A stretch of DNA of 64,000 bases from Perna viridis (Eukaryota), in assembly GCA_037379345.1 (NCBI GenBank), contig CM074522.1, forward strand, positions 10,540,001-10,604,000. Reading direction: 5' to 3'. Shown here one piece after another: positions 13,201-26,398 of this stretch (its first letter is position 1; each line of letters opens with the position of its first letter). The notes beneath the pieces were generated by a model. It had not been told where the DNA came from and did not search any database. It saw nothing but the letters and a program-made list of their open reading frames with translations. The position numbers and the translations under genes are program-made.

Positions 13201-16200
13201 AAAAGGAAGTAGGAAGGAGATGAGTTTAACACTATTTACACTACATTGCATCTATAAATTCATCCAATGTGTACACATTATGAATTGAAATTGAAAAAAA
13301 ACTTTATTTGAAGGTTAAATTTGTAACACACATAATTCAGATAGTAAGAAAATGTGACACATTTACAAAAGTCCTTCAAAGCTAAGTTAACTTACTCAAG
13401 GTTCTTCATAAGACAGTAACTCAAATACCAAAATCTCAATCCTACAGAAGATTAGGATACTGCCCATTACCATGCCACTTCCCCAAAAATATTTACTTGC
13501 AATTTTTTTTTTCAAGACACTACCAAATGATAGTAGTGATAACAGTCATCATCATATAAAACTATAGGAAATTACCAGGGGTAAGTTCTTAATCACAAAT
13601 ATTATATTGTTTTAGAAAGCTGAAAGTAAGACTTGTCCTCATAATACAATGAAAATGAATTAAAGTGCTGAACATTTATTTTTTGTTTGAATTATATGTA
13701 TGGCCACTTCAATTGTACATATCAACTAGAGGCTTCCAGTAGTCTGAATCACTTATGTTGGTCTCGTAGGTAGATGTACCGGTACATGGACCAATGCATG
13801 TATATGTTAGCTAATCACTAAATTAATATCAGTGATGTGTAAATATATTGAAGTTAATGTTTTAGACAGAGGTTAAAATTTCTTTGTTTAAAAGAATCTT
13901 TAAATTAAATAGTTAGCAACCAACAGAACTGAATTTGTATTTTAAATTTCAAGATAGCAGGTCTTTGATTCTTGAACTAAATACTTTAGTCCAAACATTG
14001 AATTCTTGGTTTAACTAGATACAATATAAATACACTATCTACTTATAAGATTCCATTTCTTATTCATTCTAAAGTGACAATAAGTTAAAAATGAGTTCAC
14101 TAGGAGGAGAAGTTTATACTGATCTTTAGATATTTGGATGAAATTGAAATATGTTATCTTTGATATCACTTAGATACCTGCAATTGTTGACTGTTGTTAC
14201 ATAGTATTGTTGACCAGTTCTCAGAACTTCAAATGAGTTATAATCTAGCGATGATAACCTTTATCATAATTTTCTTAATAACACTCATCTAACCCCAGGA
14301 GCTACTGATAAATTATAACACAAGTTTATAGACAATGTAGCTCTGGTCAAATCAAAATTATTTGTTCTGGAATGCCTAAACACTTATCTAGCCCCAGGAG
14401 CTATTGATAAGTAGCTGTGGTCAAATTCATATTGTTTGTTCTGAAACTCCTAAACACTAATCTGTCCCTAAGAGCTTCTGTAATGATGTAATATAGGACC
14501 ATGGAATCAGTTGCTCTGTGTCTGATATGTTTATAAAGTCCTTATGTTTAGGAGTTAGTGATAAAGGGTAAAAGATCCTAGTGATTATATACAGAGGAAG
14601 ACATTTGTATACTCTATTGACTCCATGGTGGTGTTGTCTTAGAGGTGTGGGACATTCAAATGAACCCCTTAGTCCTGTGTAATCCAACACTTTTTAATAC
14701 CCTTTTTAATTCAAAGACTGAAGTTTTTGAAGTCGCTAATCATCAAATATTCTTTACCACTGATTTTGGCTTACTTTCAACATCCAAAATGGCATGGATG
14801 CGATATGCTCTAAAATCAGGTGACTTGCACTAGGATCTTTGTTGCCTTGATATGATTGCATACTCTTTCGCAACTGTAAAGACCCAAATGTTTTCAATCA
14901 AAACAACTGGTTGCCTGGAAACAGATTAAACAACTTGCAATTGCTATTTATATATATATCGGGGTCCTGATAATGTATATGTCTATATATTCAATTGTAA
15001 CATGCCCGTATTTGAATTGGAAAATGGGTAATATTAAATAAATTCAATGCTAACCAATCATTTCATCTTTTAATGTAAACTTCCTGTTCTCATACAAGCA
15101 AAAAAAAACACACATAGACATGTGTAGGATATTTTTTAAAAGAGGTACATTTTAGCAATCTTTGGGTCGCTTATGATATTGACCAGGGAACCAGATTAAT
15201 CATATGGCAATGAATATTCATAAAATACGAGGCCCAGCTAATGTATATAATCTATATAGTCTTGAAGCAAGCCTGAATTGGAAACTGGGTAATGTTCAAT
15301 GCTAACCGATCATTTCATGTAAACCTGCCGTTCTCATACAAGCAAGAAACACACATAGAACACATGTATATGATATTTAGGAGGTACATTTTTATCTTGT
15401 ATGAAGTTGGAACTATGATGCTATGGCAGTAAACATGGCACAGATCTGCAGCATAACATTGAGTATAAATATATGATTATGCAAATCATATGTGAATATA
15501 AAGTACTGAAATTACAAGTGCAAGAAGTCACTAACAATATTAGTGACTTAAAAAGATACATGCATGTTCCATAAATTCAGAAATAGAGGTTCACGTAAAA
15601 GTTTCTGAAAAATGTGAGGGGTTCCAACCCAAGAATGGTAGGATCTCCCCTGATCTGCCACTGTAAATTTTGGTCCACTTAATATTGGGCTTCATGGGAG
15701 TAATATAGAATTTGGTATGCTTACAGCATAATGTTTTCAGCTGACCCCTCTTAATCATATTGATCTTAATATATTCATGGTAGAATTTATTGGAGAATTT
15801 AATATTCTTCACATATAACCAGATTCATGGATTATGATAAGGCCCTTGAACTTTGAGAGTTGTTTTCAATGAGGAAACTGCATAGATCTGATATACACCT
15901 GTTGTAATGACCCAATTCTGACAGGTTTATGATAAGATAATCTCATTCACATAATTGACCAATTATTTAGCCAGGGGGAGATAACTCTATAGTAATGTTA
16001 GTATGGTCAATTAGGATCTAATGTACCTAGTCAGTCTGTTTGTTTTATTTGCAATGTTTTGGCCTTATGTCTCCTTTCATTGCTTACTTAAATCCTCATT
16101 AATTGTTAATTTTAATCAAAAGTCAGGAGATTAATTTTTTCCTGGGTTATTGTAGACTAGTGTCTCCTATAGAGTCATTAGGCTATCAACATCTTATTTA

Positions 16201-16979
16201 TAGAAAACACATCTTATAGCAATTTGGTTGATATACTTTTCCTAGGACTTTCTAAACTCAGTGTGCTACAATATGTAGATCATTGATTTTTAAAAAAAAA
16301 ATATGTGTAATTTTCAGTAATTCTGTTTTATCTCTTTTGATTATCATTTCCTTTACATAAAGAACTTAAATATTTTAGGAACCTTTAAATAGAACATGTA
16401 ATAAAGGCTATTAATTTTTTGTTGCATGTGAAGTGTCATACTTGATTTAAAAACCAGAAAAAATTGAATATAATATTGCATGCAATTTGTCCAATATACA
16501 AACAGCTTTAACTTAAATGATATACTATCATTGTTATAGCAACAAGTATAACATTGCCTATGATTCTGACTGAAAGCCAAGAAAATACAGATTTCTTACA
16601 GACACCAAACTAAACAATCAAAGAAAATATGTGAATTTCAAACAAGAACTGATTATATTCATATCTTCCCTACTGATCAATAAAATTCATGATCTAATCA
16701 ATTATATTGTTCAGAAAATATTTTCCCACCTCTCTGTTTTAATACTATTATGCTTCCAGTAATGTTATCAGCTCAGGGTAAATTTTTGTAAAGCATTATA
16801 AAGAATAAAGAAGAAATAGTTAATATGATGTTTTATTAACAAGGGGTTGATATTAATACGATGTTTTATTAACCAGGGGTTGATATTTTTTTAGGGTGTT
16901 GTTTGACAGAACCTCAGTCCTATTTCAGTTATACTAGATGTTAAAATGCTATAAAGCTTTTTTTCTGACTTGGACCCAT

Positions 16980-17185
16980 CCTAACCTGTACTAGTACCTG
17001 GTTCATGCTCCCAGTTTTTTTAGTTTGGTTTGCTCATTGAATTACTTCTGTTTCTTTGTACATGCCATTTTGGTTATTGCATGATCTTTTTTTAATGTGT
17101 GTTTCTATTTCCCTGTCTAAAATTTATCCTTGGAATATATAGTCTTTTGATTTCCTCTCAAACCTTGGCTCCTTTAATTTCTTTT
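16980..17185 (+). repeat. Dispersed family A copy, decayed
   Basis: ACCTGGTTCATGCTCCCAGTTTTT..TTGCTCATT..CTTTTGATTTCC..AACCTTGGCTCCTTTAATT. Confidence 0.6.
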
Positions 17186-18416
17186 CCCAGCTATTTTAGA
17201 GGTTGGCTGGCAACTACTAAGCTGTTTTCTGACTTAATTGTGCCATATTCCTTGGTGTATGAAGAAATGGAATTCCAAACTCATATGATGCAGCAGTAGA
17301 AATCTGCCCACCCTATTCACAAAATGTTTTGTAGACATAGAATGATATTCGTTTTGACTAGATGAAATTGACCCAGATTCAGTAGTCTTCTTGTCATTCC
17401 TCCCAATGCTCTTTTGATTTCATAGACAAGAATAATGCCTACTCTGAATCAGGACTTGACTCTGAATTAAATTAAGATATTTAAACATCTCAGATTGAGG
17501 AGATGCCAGCTTAGTTTACAACAAAACATCACATCACAATGTTGTGGTTTTAGAAGATTGCAAGTTTTTCTTTTAAAAGGCGATAATAGTTGCAGTAAAA
17601 AACATGTGGGATAATTGTTTTCTTTCATCTTCAGAGCAGCAGTGTTTATGCTTAAGAAGATTACAACTTTTTTCTGCTAAAGGATATTTTTTATATTAGC
17701 TGTAGTATAAACAAATGCAAGATTATAGTTTTCTTTCTTAACGATGCTGCATTGAACATGGTGTGATATAAATTTCCCATTTAAAGGGTGGTTTATATCC
17801 AGCTGGAGTAATCATAGTGCCATGACAGGAGGGTTATCATAGAAATATAATTTGCCAGTTTAATCAAGTGATTTACTCTTTGGTTATGACCCCTGACTAG
17901 GTAGAGGTCACTGAACAAAGATCCAGATGTCTTACTCTCTGGCTTTAAATCTATAAGTTCTGGCCCCTGTTTCGAAAGGTTATTGATTATAGTTCCAGCT
18001 GTTTCCCTTCATTAACCATCAACCCCATATCAATCAGGTTAAGGTCTATGATATTGCTGATCAGAGAATTCTATGATTTTTATCCAGGTGCTTTTTGGTT
18101 GAAATCAAGTTATCTAATCATAATTCTGTGAGGGTTGAGATGTAAGTTGTAACAAATTGTTTCTATATAAACCAGAATATAAGTAAATTATGACACTATC
18201 TTATTGGTTTGCACTGATGAAATCACAAGAAGAATTTGGTTTATTTAAATATAGACTAAGAAGTCATGATCTAATGTAATAACTGTCATTGAAGAACTGG
18301 AAAAGGAGTAAAAAAAAGACTCCTCAAGCCTGTATGCTGCTAAATTCAGTGAAACCTATCTAAAATTCAAGAGTGTATCATTTGCCAGTAGGGTGGTTGT
18401 ACATTTGGGTGAAAGA

Positions 18417-18655
18417 AAACAAGTACTGTCTTTTCAAAATGATAGCAGACACAGTAAAATCTTGTTCTTTTTACTTATAATTTTCTACATTTCATTCATA
18501 AAAATAACACATGGCATGCCATTTCGATACAGTTTTTTTGAACACCACTAAGTTATCAGTAATTGGCCAATCGGGAAAGAAAAGTGAGATCAGGTGACTT
18601 GCATTTCCATAGAAGAGTGTCATTAAGGTCAAAGGGTAAAAAGCAAAACTATACC
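18417..18655 (+). repeat. Dispersed family C copy (AAACAAGTACT-start element end; possibly Helitron/Helentron-like)
   Basis: Shares CACTAAGTTATCAGTA.TTGGCCAATCGGGAAA and TAAGGTCAAAGGGTAAAAAG with the copies at 37870 and 58653. Confidence 0.8.
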
Positions 18656-21600
18656 ATGTGCATAGGAAAAATCACTTGCACATAGGGGACATTTCTGAAA
18701 ATTGTCCTTTATAATAGCACTAGACGAAAAAGATTTCAGTGCAGACAGTGCCAAAAATAAACATAAGTTGAAAGTAAAAGTACCTTAACTATCAAGTTGC
18801 TTTATTTTCATTGCAGACTACCTTAAAACTTTGAAGTCCATCTGTTTAGATTTAATAATATTTAATGTGTCTGCTTGTCATAAGAAAAAAGTTTATGGCC
18901 AAATATTGGTACAGATTTTCATTCCATGTTGTTACAAATATATAGGTTCCTGTAAGTGATACTCAGAATTTATTTAGCAGAACTTTCAGGTATGTCCGTT
19001 CAAATGATTTGGCAGCTTGTTTTTGGAAGGCTGCTTGGTAAAAGAAGGTTGAAAGAACCAGGCTGTCTCCCTTCATCTCAATCTGCTATTTAGTTTTTCA
19101 GTGCATATTCATTTAAAGGAGTTGTTGAATAATAATTTAAAACTTTTTTTTGTAATAAAACAGGTGAATTGTGAAAATTGATTTCTAAAAGATGCAAATG
19201 AACCTGTTTAAAGATTACCCATACTGATAAAAATATATTTTTAGGTAACATGCACTTGTAAAATTACGGTATTATTGAAATCAAATTATATACCATAATA
19301 ATTCATAAACTGCATTTGCATTTTACTTCTATTTGACAAAAAGATCTCTAAACAGCAGGGGGTGTAAAGGAATTCAGAACATTACATAAAACAGATAAAA
19401 AGCCATAAAAATATTTTAATTGGATTTCAACTGTGAGGAGAAGTGTTTGCAACAGTGTAATCTTCCATAGCATCAACGTTGCTATTTCTAGATCAATCCC
19501 TCAAGGATTACTAAGAAAGTGAATTTGATTGAAATTTTCTCTCATTGTCTCTTTTAAAACTGTTACATTGCAGGGAGATTGAAGATCTACACTTCAAAAT
19601 AAAAATCTGCTGTCAGTGTGTGCATGCATTAAATTGCAATTTCATGAGTTAATTGAAAAATTATAACTGGCGGAAACACCAAGGAGCAATAAGGAAAATA
19701 GGGCTGTTCAACATTAAATCAATCTCTACTTCCTGTTTTGTTTCTTATTTAGGTCACATTTAAAATACAAGTCTTCGTAAGAATTAGGATGTAATCGTAT
19801 TAGCAAAAAAGTATTGAAGTACTATATAATATATAATATTTGTACCATTGGAATTTTAGAAAAAGTTTTGGCATTAAAGGGGGTAAAAAGTACACTGTTG
19901 TAATAGATTACCATCCAAACTTATTAAACAAGCTCATCAAAGCAATTTAATTCTTTTATTCTCATTCAGCTAATAATACTTTGGGCCTGCTTATGGGTAG
20001 ATAACTGTAAAAACAATGTTTTCAATATTTTAAATATAAATTATCATTGTTCCCTCTATTCAGGTAAGACTAATAATGAGGTAGAAACAGTGCCTGTTGA
20101 TGTGGCAGGACAGACAAACTTCCATCAGCTCTTTGCTGTCTTGATATTGCTATTAGTTTTATTCACCATAATTGCTAAGAGTTTTTAAACAACCACAAAA
20201 AATCTGTGTGATAGCTTATGTTGTGGTTAATCAATTGGTCTAAAATTTTGATATGATTTTAACTTACTTCTAAAGGAAGGTTCATATTTAGTTTAGACCT
20301 TGTAGCGCTATCATTTCAGAGTAAGAGGCAATAATAGGTAAAAATAGGTGATTAATTTAAACCCATGTAAACTTTTTTTAAATTTTTTTTTCATTGTGTC
20401 CCTTATTTAATTCTGGTAAAGAAATGTATCAGCAGATTTTATGTGTTTTGGACCATTTTAAAATTGTATGGGTCAAAGTTGGCAAAAATTCAGATTTTTT
20501 ATTTTTGGTCTGATTTCAAATTTTTTTTTTGGATTTCTCATAAAAATCTCTGCCTGCATTTTCCAATCAGATTTCAGATTTCTCTAACAGTTTTCGAATG
20601 ATAAGGGGACAAAGGGAAACATGAAAATTTTTGGTGTGATTTTGAAAATTTTTAATTTAATATAAAATTTTTTGCAGTATAGTGTCCAAACCATTTGATG
20701 TGTCCATAATAAATAAGTCCCTATGTTTAAGTGTATCAAAAACTAATATTGTGTCCACATTTGCTCCAACTTTTCATGTTTTGACTGCAGTTGTATCGTG
20801 CTGCACTCAGCAAAACTATTACCTATCAGTTAAGGAATTTTCTTTAATACCCTTCACTGAAACTGATTTAAAAGGACCGTATGTCTGGTTTAGATTCAGG
20901 TATATTGCTGTTTGGTTGAGACATTACAAGTTCACTGAAATATGCAACCTCTGCCTAACTACTTGCTGACAAGAACTCTACTTCAATTAGAAATAAGTCA
21001 TTAGTTGTTGGAAATCATTCATACCGTGTCATATTTACAGTTTACAAATATTATGTACATTGCAATGAACTTGCTGGATCAGATCTAACTTGGTGTAATA
21101 TTGACATGACTTGGGATGTACTATAAGAATTTAGGGTTTTATAAACCCACTTTTTATGCTATTTCTCATGTAAGAATTCAATCAATTACGTGCTGTTTCT
21201 CTGTCCGATATTACTGGCTACAAAGCCCTGCTGTTTAATGAGAATATTTCAATTTCCATGAGGTGTAAAATTACACTTATCTTTTTTTAAAAAGATGGTA
21301 GAGAATTATATAGCTTTAATGTTATGTAAATAGGCAGATCTTTTGAAAAGCACAATGGTAGAAGAACTTAAAGAATTTAACAGTATGTATTGAAGCCATG
21401 ATGTATGGGGTAAAAACCTTTTACTTCATGCATCATAAACTTCTAAAATACTGAATCAATCAGGTTGTTACTTCAAATTTTCTTAAGATTTTTACAAAAA
21501 TATTATTAAGTCACAACCCAGACATAGTCAGTAGAGAAAGATGGAAATCATGGATAGAATTAATTTTGATCATTTCATTTGGATGAAAATACACAGGGGT

Positions 21601-22551
21601 AAAGAGGAGGTCAAACAAAACACAATCATATACAAAAATATGAAATGTTACACTGTTAAACTTTACAAATAGGTAAATAATTAAAATTTCACAAATATTT
21701 TTAAAACACAAATCCTTTTGCCTCATTTTGATGAGGACTTTGTCACAAAATTGTGTAGTTATTTTATGACATTGTGTTCATTGCATGAAATGGTTGATGC
21801 TAGGGGTTACATTACTCATACCAGATGATTCCAAGTGTCATGTCCTTTTATAATTCTGTACACTGATATTATTACTTGAAATTCTGTACTTAGTAATTAC
21901 TGTCAACCAAACAGTACAAGATAAAGGTTAGCCACTGGGTCATGATACAGTGACCTTGTCAATAGGTGACCTTTGTGAATTAAGAATTATTTAGAACTAC
22001 CAAGTAACAACCATTACTATCTAAATGTAATTTTGTGTCTGCCACTGGTCTTTAGCCAAGGAAAGGGGGTCATAGTATGACAATTCCTCTCCTTTGAAGC
22101 AAAGTGAGTTCTACTTTATTATAAAATGTGCATTAAAATGGTAAAGCACTTTTTACAAAGGAGAATTTTGTCCAAATAATGTTCCCCAACTATACTCCAC
22201 ATCCCCACTCCCTAAAAAATTTTGGCTGGGGGTTTGTATATTACTGTTATTCTGTAGTAAAAATATGATAGTCATAACTCTTCAGCATTACATCTTGAAA
22301 ATTTGTATAAACATACAGGGAAGTGGAGAGATATATTTTTAGATTGACTGTTTACACTATCTTTATAAAAGATAGGTCATTAGACATTTTAATTTTACTT
22401 ACTACACATAGTGTAACTGCATTAGACTTTTCTGTTTGTTGTATTCTTTATCTGGATAATCTGAAAGTAAATAAAAACATCACTAATATAATAGTCTAAA
22501 AATGTCTTCGGTTGTGTAGAGTATGGGCTTTTGTTTAGAAAAGCAATCACG

Positions 22552-22783
22552 GATCCAGAAAGTCTGTAAAGAGGGAGCCTGCTGACTGGCCAAAGTGTGG
22601 TCTACTCCAGGTCCAGAAAGTCTGTAAAGAGGGAACCTGCTGACTGACCAAAGTGGGGTACACTCCAGATCCAGAAAGTCTGTAAAGAGGGAGCCCACTG
22701 ACTGGCCCAAGTGGGGTCCACTTCAGATTCAGAAAGTCTGTAAAGAGGGAACTTCTGACTGGCCAAAGTGTGGTCCACTCCAA
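22552..22783. repeat. Minisatellite, 58-bp unit x4
   Basis: TCCAGAAAGTCTGTAAAGAGGGA.C..CTGACTGGCCAAAGTG.GGTC.ACTCCAG starts at 22552, 22610, 22668 and 22726. Confidence 0.95.
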
Positions 22784-25453
22784 TGATTTCCCAGAGTTTA
22801 TCTCTATAAATTTATCAATCGGATTTTTTTTAGCATATGAGAGGGGCAGGCTCTGGATAGGACCACTGAGAAATAACAATGAATAAATTGAGTTAAAGGC
22901 TGATCCTGGCTTGGCACATACTCCAATTTTTCAAATAAAATTAGTTGAATTACAAGAAAATTATTGAAGTGTAGTGGTGTGTGCTTCTTCTTTGGTCAGT
23001 CAGTATTGCCCGTATGGGCCCTAGCTAGGATATGCTCTAGTACCAAAAAGTAACACAATCGATAGAATGATCATTTGTTCCAACATGTAACTTTTATATG
23101 GTAGATCTAGTGGCCTAAATCATTGAATATAACATACAGGAAGTTTTCTATCTTTTGTAATGTCTAACTTATAGTACAAAGCTCAAATTATTTACAATTA
23201 ACAGAATCAAATACGGTTCATTTACAGGATAATGTCCCCATCAATCCATAAGTGGGGATGTCTGTGCACAACCAAATCAACTTTCCATTTAACTAAATTA
23301 TATGTTTTCTAGCTACTCCTGAATAGAATGGGTAAATCATATAGGGAGTTCATTTCAATGTGAAATTAGAAATGGCTAACATTACTATGTGTTAGAGAGT
23401 GTAAAACTAACATTTTTAGCTGTGAAACTTCAATTATCTGAAAACCATAAACCTTGTCTAATGGCCAAGTCTGTCAAAGCACATTGCAGTGTAAATCTTC
23501 CTGTGTCTGTGGAATTACAAGGCTACAATTCAATCTGCATATATTTACATAGAGATGTGACATCCCTGCAGATTACAGAAGCCTTCATAGTTCTGCTCTA
23601 TAGCCCTTAATGCATCTTGCTAAATTTAGCGAAGAAAGACATTTTTCTTGTATGTAAATATCAATAATTTGTTACTGGTGATAAGTAATAGCTTAATTTA
23701 ATTGTATAGTTATGTCCCAGCTAGCCTAAAATAGAGGGACATTGCATTGTTGAAACCATAGGGGGAAGTAGCCCTTTTGGACCAGTCCCTCTTTTCTTGA
23801 CATGTTACAGTTTTCACATTAAGTAAAAAGATTGATAATACTCAGAAAGCAATAAAGTTTAGTAAACAATCAGGCAAATTTCTTATTAAACATCATTTCA
23901 TGAACAAAAATGAATAGACAATGTATTTTCTAACATTTCATGGGATAAATTTTGGGTACCCTATGAGGCTCCATCTGTAAATTTCATAATCTATTGCTGC
24001 ATAGCCCCCATTTTTCCTCCTGAGATGCCACTCTAACCCTAATTTTGGTGTGTTCATTTCATTTTCAAGTCTTTGAAGTTTTGGTTTGGTCTTTTTATAC
24101 ATATTTATACAGTGTGAGATGCAGAACTTAAAGGTATGCTATTCATTCACAAGGGAAACTTGTACTCAGTCATTTATGAAAGAGAATTTTTAACTCATTA
24201 TTAAATCAGAGTAAGAAGACTTTCAATTTAGAAGTAGTTTTATTTATACACAAGGTTGATGTTTTCTTTTACTATGTACTTGTACTAAGAAGGCTATGAG
24301 TTATAAGGTCTTGTCATGATATGAATGAATAATACAGTTGTATATTGTGTAATGCAGTATTCAAGTTGACCTTTTTTCATGTAGAGGTTCAAGGTTATGT
24401 TATTCATTGACTAGGTCATTTTTGTACTTTTAGAGGTCTTTAGATGAATAAGAGTTATAATTTTGTACAAGTACAGAATTGTCTATGAAGAGGTGGTATA
24501 AGCCAGTCAAAAGGGTTATATTTTTATATAAGTAGAGGATTAAGCTTTGGCTGAAGGTGGAGAATTAGTTCCTAAGTATTTTCTTCAAACACTTACAATA
24601 AGAGTGATCTATGAAGATGCTCAAGTAGGCTACTTAGAGATACTTGTACAAATAATTGAAAGATTTTGAAACATATGAAAATTCTTATTTTAAACATTAT
24701 TGGATGAATATTAGAATATATTTAAAGCCATTATTTTCCTGAGGCATCTGTTTTATAATTTCTGTTGGCAAAATCTTCAATGGAAATAATAAAAGACATT
24801 TAGTGCATAGCTGTATTATTTATAAATCATCTGAACAGTTATGTCTGCTTGTTTTCTCTTTATTGCACAATCTTATTCAAATTTTGTTGCAGAGGATTGG
24901 CTTCTGACCCAATTCTTTCTACAAATTTCTCAGGGATTTCCAAGAGTAGGTTTTTAAGATGACTGCAGTACTTTAGGGGGTGCATTCAGGATGATGCAAG
25001 AAACAGCATGACATTTCTATGTCTGCAGGGTAGGGTTTACTGATAATTTGGAAGCAATTTTCCATATCATTAGCAGTTTTGAAATACATGTACTTATTTA
25101 TAAATACATTTAGTTTTTTTTTCACTTATGCATGTATGCAACAGCTGGGTATTCATTGCTGTTAAATTATTGAATTTCTCCAAAACCAAAGTATTATTGG
25201 AAACATTTAATTTTTTCTATGATGTCAGATATTCTACATCGCTTCCCCAGTGTTGACCTGTAGTATTACCAACTCTGCCCTCTGGCTAGCTCAGGGATAT
25301 TTTTCAGAACATGAAACATGTATTAAAAGGTTTATCTTATCCAATTTAACAACTAATAATGGGTGACCACCATCCTTTTCCCAAATGTAAGACACAAAAA
25401 TAAATAATGGCAGTAAGGCCTTTCACTGTGATAATAAAGCATTATATCTTAGT

Positions 25454-25686
25454 CAGGCTAAAAAAATTATAGTCTTGTTTCTGGCTACCAGCAAGAAAAA
25501 AAAGTTGGGTAGGTAGTTAGGTATTTTTTTTTTTTTATTTTTTAAAAACATTAATATTGAATTAATGGACAAACAATTTAGACTTTAGCAATGCTTGAGC
25601 CAAAATGGCCATAAAATGTTTAGGAGAGGCACTAAAAACTAGGGTAAGTATGGTAGAAGGAAACAGACAGATTTTTTTTTGGCCTT
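25454..25686. mobile_element. MITE with AGGC(A)n / (T)nGGCCT ends
   Basis: Inverted termini and clear similarity to the 4.7-5.06 kb copy. Confidence 0.6.
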
Positions 25687-25990
25687 ATAACTAGAGAACT
25701 AAAAATCTTCTATAAATACACCTGGTCAGAGAATTACTTTGTATATAGTACTCTTCATAAGAATCGTTTCCATCACCATCATCAATTAACATATGCCTGA
25801 TATTTTCAGAATGTTTTATGGAAGCAGAAAGCAGAAGGGAAGAGTAATTAAGGTATGTTATTCATAATAAAGGCCATTCAAAATAAATTTCTTGTTCTTT
25901 GATTTTAAATTTTCAATTGAAATTACTTGATTCCAGTGATGCTTCTAATTTAGTTGCTTATCCATGCTTCCAATTGCACATTAATTAGTT

Positions 25991-26105
25991 AGAAACTAAA
26001 TATAAGGCAATACATATTGGCCTATCATGTGAAACTAAATATAAGGCAATACCTATTGGCCCATCGTGTGAAACTAAATGTAAGGCAATACGTATGGGCC
26101 CATCT
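25991..26105. repeat. Tandem repeat, 38-bp unit x3
   Basis: GAAACTAAATATAAGGCAATAC.TATTGGCC.ATC.TGT repeated. Confidence 0.9.
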
Positions 26106-26172
26106 GTGTTATAAATGCATTTATGGAACATTTAACAGATAAGAATAATTTTTAAATTTTGAATTGCTTGAT

Positions 26173-26398
26173 AGAGTAATCAAAGGGACCAAGATTCAAG
26201 AGAAAATCTTAGAATATATTCCAAGAATAAAAACTTGACATTAAAAATAAATACAACAAAGAAAATGAAGTAACCAAAATTACACATACAAAGAAACCAA
26301 AATAAATGAGCAAGGTAGACTCCACTAAAAACTTGGAGCATGTATAAGGTGCACTGGTAGGGTAAGTGTCCTCTGCTTTTGTTGAAACACCTGCCAGA
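26173..26398 (-). repeat. Dispersed family A copy, CpG-decayed
   Basis: AGAGTAATCAAAGGGACCAAG..GACTCCACTAAAAACTTGGAGCATG..GGTAGGGTAAGTGTCCTCTGCTTTT. Confidence 0.8.

Noticed and set aside
14280-15395. Local duplications (14.28-14.48 kb; 15012-15152 versus 15274-15392), and others at 3657, 7740, 16822, 27130, 39958 and 45820
   Set aside because: Ordinary two- or three-copy slippage or tandem duplications with no further structure.
22483-22879. ORFs of 75 and 110 aa, and a CRISPR-like look
   Set aside because: Both come from the 58-bp minisatellite. There are no unique spacers or cas genes, and the context is eukaryotic.
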